Below, piece after piece: positions 60,847 through 64,000 of a DNA stretch of 64,000 nucleotides (its first letter is position 1; every line of letters starts with the position of its first letter). Made by a program: the position numbers and the translations under genes. The notes under the pieces were generated by a model. It had not been told where the DNA came from and did not search any database. It saw only the letters and a list, made by a program, of their open reading frames with translations. The stretch comes from an uncultured Gemmatimonadales bacterium (GTDB lineage Bacteria > Gemmatimonadota > Gemmatimonadetes > Gemmatimonadales > GWC2-71-9), in contig CAVUAK010000001.1 of NCBI GenBank assembly GCA_963739455.1, positions 480,001-544,000 of the forward strand. The letters run 5' to 3'.

Positions 60847-62487
60847 TCAGCGAGGATAGGGATAGCCCTTCAGGAGCAGGCGGTTGAGCGTGCGATCATG
60901 GCCATAAATGTCACCGTAGAAGAATACCTCGCCGCTCTCCCGCGCAACCGCGGTCCCGTAGACGATGAGCACCGGGATCGGCCTCGAAAGCGTGACGTTC
61001 TGCGGTGCTGTACCCCGCATCGCCGCATCGATCCGCTCCGCCGTCCAGGCCGGCTGGTCACGCAGCACGAACCGGGCAAGCGCAGCCGGGTCGGACAGGC
61101 GGACACACCCATGGGAATTGTCCCGCCGGGGATTGTCGAAGAGGTTCCTGGCTGGCGTGTCGTGCAGGTAGATGGACTGCGCATTGGGAAGCATGAACTT
61201 GACGCGACCGAGGGAGTTCCACGGCCCTGGTGTCTGGCGGGCCCGCACCGCACCCCCGATGGCGGCGATGTTCTCCGGTGTGGGCGGCACCACCTTGCCA
61301 CCGCGCAGCAGCTCCATGTGGTTCTTCGCCAGCCAGCCGGGGTTGGCCAGTGACTTGGGACGAACGTCCTTCCGCATGATCGACGCCGGCACCTCCCAGT
61401 AAGGGCTGAATACCAGGTAGGTCATGTCCGCCGCGAACACTGGTGTCTCGGTCTTGAAGGCCTGCCCGACCACGACGTTCATGCTGAGGAGGCTGGCCTC
61501 GTCGTCGCTCATGGTGCTGAAGGCGTGCAGGCGGAACGCCGGCACGTTGACGATGATCGGGGGCGCGGTGAACTGGCGGGGCATCCAGCGCCACCGCTCG
61601 AGGGTGAGCTCGATCTGGCGAATACGCTGCCCGAACGAGCGGCCCAGGCGCGCGGCCGTGGAGTCGCCGATGATCCCGTCCACCGCAAAGCCCTGGCGCG
61701 CCTGGAACCGGCGGACACCCTGCACGAGGTCATCGGCATAGAGGCTGTCCGCCCGCACCACCGGTGCCACGGAATCCACGATGTCACCCAGCGCCGTGAG
61801 CAAGCGCCGCAATTGCATCGCGCCGGCATAGGGTTCACCCGGCTTGAGCGGGCGCGGCAGCGGCGGCAGTGGAAGCAACCCGGAGTCGCGGGCAAGTACC
61901 CGATAGTCGGCCAGCGCGCGCTTGAGCAGCAGGTAGTGGCGAAAGTGTGGCTCGATCGCCGTGAGGATGCTGTCCGGCTCCAGGGAGCCGGCCAGTGAGG
62001 CCACGGTGCCGACCACGTCCGGTCGCCCGATCGGTACGTGAAAATCGGCGTGCACAACCTGCGGGTTGATCCGCCCCACGGCCAATGCTGAAACGAATCG
62101 AAGCGCATCCGCGGTCAGCATCGCGTCGAACGCGGCCAGTTCCGTAACCGGCGACGAAGGACCCAGCCTTGAGGCGAGCGAATCGAGCACGGCCGCGTCG
62201 TAGTCGCCGGGGTCGAGTCCGCGCGTCTCGGCCCGGCCCAGCACCGCTATGAGCGCCCGGGCCGCCGGGGTCGGTTCGGCGTCACGTACCCAGAGGGGTC
62301 GAGGGCTCGCGGTCGCATACAGGCTCTCGGCACCGGCGCGCACATCGGTGAGACGCGGCCATCGCATGCCGGGGTTCTGTCCGGCGGCGGCAATGCGACG
62401 CGCCCCCGCCGCGATGGCAGAGTCGGGTGGAGCACGTAAAATCGAATGGGGAGCCGCCAGGAAGGCGGCGAGCAGTAGGGGTAGCAC
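60847..62487 (-). CDS. Second YcbB/LdtD-type L,D-transpeptidase
   Basis: VRRFQARQG..VDGIIG, VNVPAF, YLHDTP...SHGCVRL, DIYGHD. Confidence 0.92.
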   Translation of the reverse strand: MLPLLLAAFLAAPHSILRAPPDSAIAAGARRIAAAGQNPGMRWPRLTDVRAGAESLYATASPRPLWVRDAEPTPAARALIAVLGRAETRGLDPGDYDAAVLDSLASRLGPSSPVTELAAFDAMLTADALRFVSALAVGRINPQVVHADFHVPIGRPDVVGTVASLAGSLEPDSILTAIEPHFRHYLLLKRALADYRVLARDSGLLPLPPLPRPLKPGEPYAGAMQLRRLLTALGDIVDSVAPVVRADSLYADDLVQGVRRFQARQGFAVDGIIGDSTAARLGRSFGQRIRQIELTLERWRWMPRQFTAPPIIVNVPAFRLHAFSTMSDDEASLLSMNVVVGQAFKTETPVFAADMTYLVFSPYWEVPASIMRKDVRPKSLANPGWLAKNHMELLRGGKVVPPTPENIAAIGGAVRARQTPGPWNSLGRVKFMLPNAQSIYLHDTPARNLFDNPRRDNSHGCVRLSDPAALARFVLRDQPAWTAERIDAAMRGTAPQNVTLSRPIPVLIVYGTAVARESGEVFFYGDIYGHDRTLNRLLLKGYPYPR

Positions 62488-63998
62488 TACTTGATAAGCA
62501 CCTTGCCCAGGCCCTCCCTCAAGGCAAACCAGAGCACCTGCGGCAAGGATGCCGTCGGCGCGTACGGCCGGTTGACGCGTCCCACCTTTGGCACCTCACC
62601 GGGCTTGCCCGGGTTGTCACCGCGGATCTTGAAGCTGTTAGCCAGGAACGAGGCCACGGAAAGCCCCGCCTTCTTGAGGAAGTTCCCCTTCTTGTCCTCG
62701 AGCGCCACCTTGAAGTCGCTGTACACTGGCACAACCTGGCCGGTGGAGCGGCCGTTCCGCACGACGACCGAAAAGCGAACCGACTGCATCGCGCCGCTGG
62801 TGACGCGCAGGGGCATCACCTGCTCGGCGTAGGCATTGAACGCCAGCATGCTGATCGGCCCCAGCGAGCCGGAATACTTCATGTCGAACTGCGGCGCCGT
62901 GAGCGGGATCTCGATATCAGTGTCGAGCTTGCCCTGTCCGAGCAGCAGCGCGGATGCCCGCACCACCATGGGCGGTATCGGCGATCCTGCGCGAGCCACG
63001 CTGCGCACGTCGACTATCTCCGCCTGGACCTGCTCCCACGTCATCGATCCAACCTTGGTGCGACCCACGGCATGCTCCGTGTAGGCAATCTTTCCGCCTG
63101 CAATGACGATGGTGTCCAGCGCCAGCGGCCGATCGAGTGCCGCAACCCATTGCTGTGGTGTCATGCGCTTCTTCGGAGGGCCGGCGGGAAGCCGCTTGTC
63201 CGAGAGTACATCGAGGCGGAACCCGTGGAGCCGCGCGTGACGCACCACGATCGCGCCCTCGGCGCTGGCGAGGCGGCGGTAGTCTACCCCCCTGAATCGC
63301 GCGCTGTCGAGGTGGAACCGGATCAGGTCGGACCGCTGCTTCTGCGCCTTGACCCAGTCGGCATCGGACAGCGGCGGCCCCAGCACGACTGCATCCAGCG
63401 CCAGCGTCGAGTCGGTGAGGTTCCCGCGCAGGCGGCCCAGCACGACCGCCTGCTTCTCCCCACCCAGCGTCAGGAGGTCGGCGGTGACCAGCGCCTGCTC
63501 GCTGAACAGCGCCTTTCGCTCCGCGCGGCGAAGACCGGGGTCGATCCGCGTTTCGCGCAACTGGATATTGAGCCGCTTCAGGGTGACGTGTGTCGTGGCT
63601 CCGCCACGCGCCCGACGCGTGTAATCGAGTGACAGGCGCGGCAATTCCGTGCTATGCACCACGATGACAGGCAACAGCGCGGGAAGCTCGATGGTGTCCC
63701 CGGACAGCGGTAAGGCGGCCGGCGCCTTCGCTGCCGCCGGTTGTGCCGAGACCGTGTCACGAACCGTCTCCAGCACTGCTGCGTCAATCGCATCGCACCG
63801 GAAGAGCCGCGCGTTAATACCGCGCGCCACCAGCAATTGCCATGTGTTGATGCCGAGTACCCGGCAGCCGCTGGCACTCGCGGTGATGACCGGCAGGGGA
63901 TCCGCCCGGAAATCGTTGCGAGCGGTGTCCGTGACCAGTTTCATGGAGTCGATGACGATCCGGCCACCAAGCAGGCTGAGCTGGGCACGGCCCACCGA
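62487..63998 (-). CDS. Hypothetical beta-rich envelope protein (AsmA/DUF748-like), 5' end outside the window
   Basis: Long ORF open to the window edge, beta-strand-rich; stop overlaps the LDT start. Confidence 0.55.
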   Translation of the reverse strand, partial: SVGRAQLSLLGGRIVIDSMKLVTDTARNDFRADPLPVITASASGCRVLGINTWQLLVARGINARLFRCDAIDAAVLETVRDTVSAQPAAAKAPAALPLSGDTIELPALLPVIVVHSTELPRLSLDYTRRARGGATTHVTLKRLNIQLRETRIDPGLRRAERKALFSEQALVTADLLTLGGEKQAVVLGRLRGNLTDSTLALDAVVLGPPLSDADWVKAQKQRSDLIRFHLDSARFRGVDYRRLASAEGAIVVRHARLHGFRLDVLSDKRLPAGPPKKRMTPQQWVAALDRPLALDTIVIAGGKIAYTEHAVGRTKVGSMTWEQVQAEIVDVRSVARAGSPIPPMVVRASALLLGQGKLDTDIEIPLTAPQFDMKYSGSLGPISMLAFNAYAEQVMPLRVTSGAMQSVRFSVVVRNGRSTGQVVPVYSDFKVALEDKKGNFLKKAGLSVASFLANSFKIRGDNPGKPGEVPKVGRVNRPYAPTASLPQVLWFALREGLGKVLIK

Positions 63999-64000
63999 GA

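Noticed and set aside
5270..63632. Long antisense or alternate-frame ORFs (e.g. 5270-7159+, 11375-12781+, 27322-28878+, 45506-47461+)
   Set aside because: These are shadow ORFs typical of high-GC DNA; they overlap well-supported genes and give Arg/Ala/Pro-rich translations without recognisable motifs.

Overview
High-GC bacterial chromosomal segment. Gene order and protein style suggest Gemmatimonadota (inference). Many genes carry small frameshifts, probably long-read consensus errors. Left to right: (1) a signalling cluster with a BTAD/STAND-ATPase/TPR regulator facing a membrane-sensor HD-GYP phosphodiesterase. The HD-GYP gene is preceded by a 26-aa ORF missed by the ORF track, a conserved hypothetical gene and an Fe-S/[FeFe]-hydrogenase-like GGDEF cyclase that has lost its H-cluster cysteines. 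(2) A housekeeping run: sigma54 activator, mog, gcvT, argF, hslUV, xerC, trmFO, topA, aroK, aroC, with short tandem-repeat arrays at gene junctions. (3) A type IV pilus locus: pilMNOPQ, minor pilins, two PilS/PilR-like pairs and two major pilins with their own sigma54 promoters, enclosing a GT-C/TMTC-like glycosylation island. (4) slt, then a Met-rich DM13 protein with an ECF sigma/anti-sigma pair. (5) A copper-uptake operon: putative arrest-type leader, TonB receptor, lipoprotein, MbnP, MbnH, CopC, CopD. (6) An M28 peptidase, an M15/MepK-like peptidase and two YcbB-type L,D-transpeptidases. No rRNA, tRNA, CRISPR array or transposase was seen. Best candidates for undescribed systems: the small-peptide/HD-GYP c-di-GMP module, the copper-operon leader with a non-RAPP motif, and the pilin glycosylation island.
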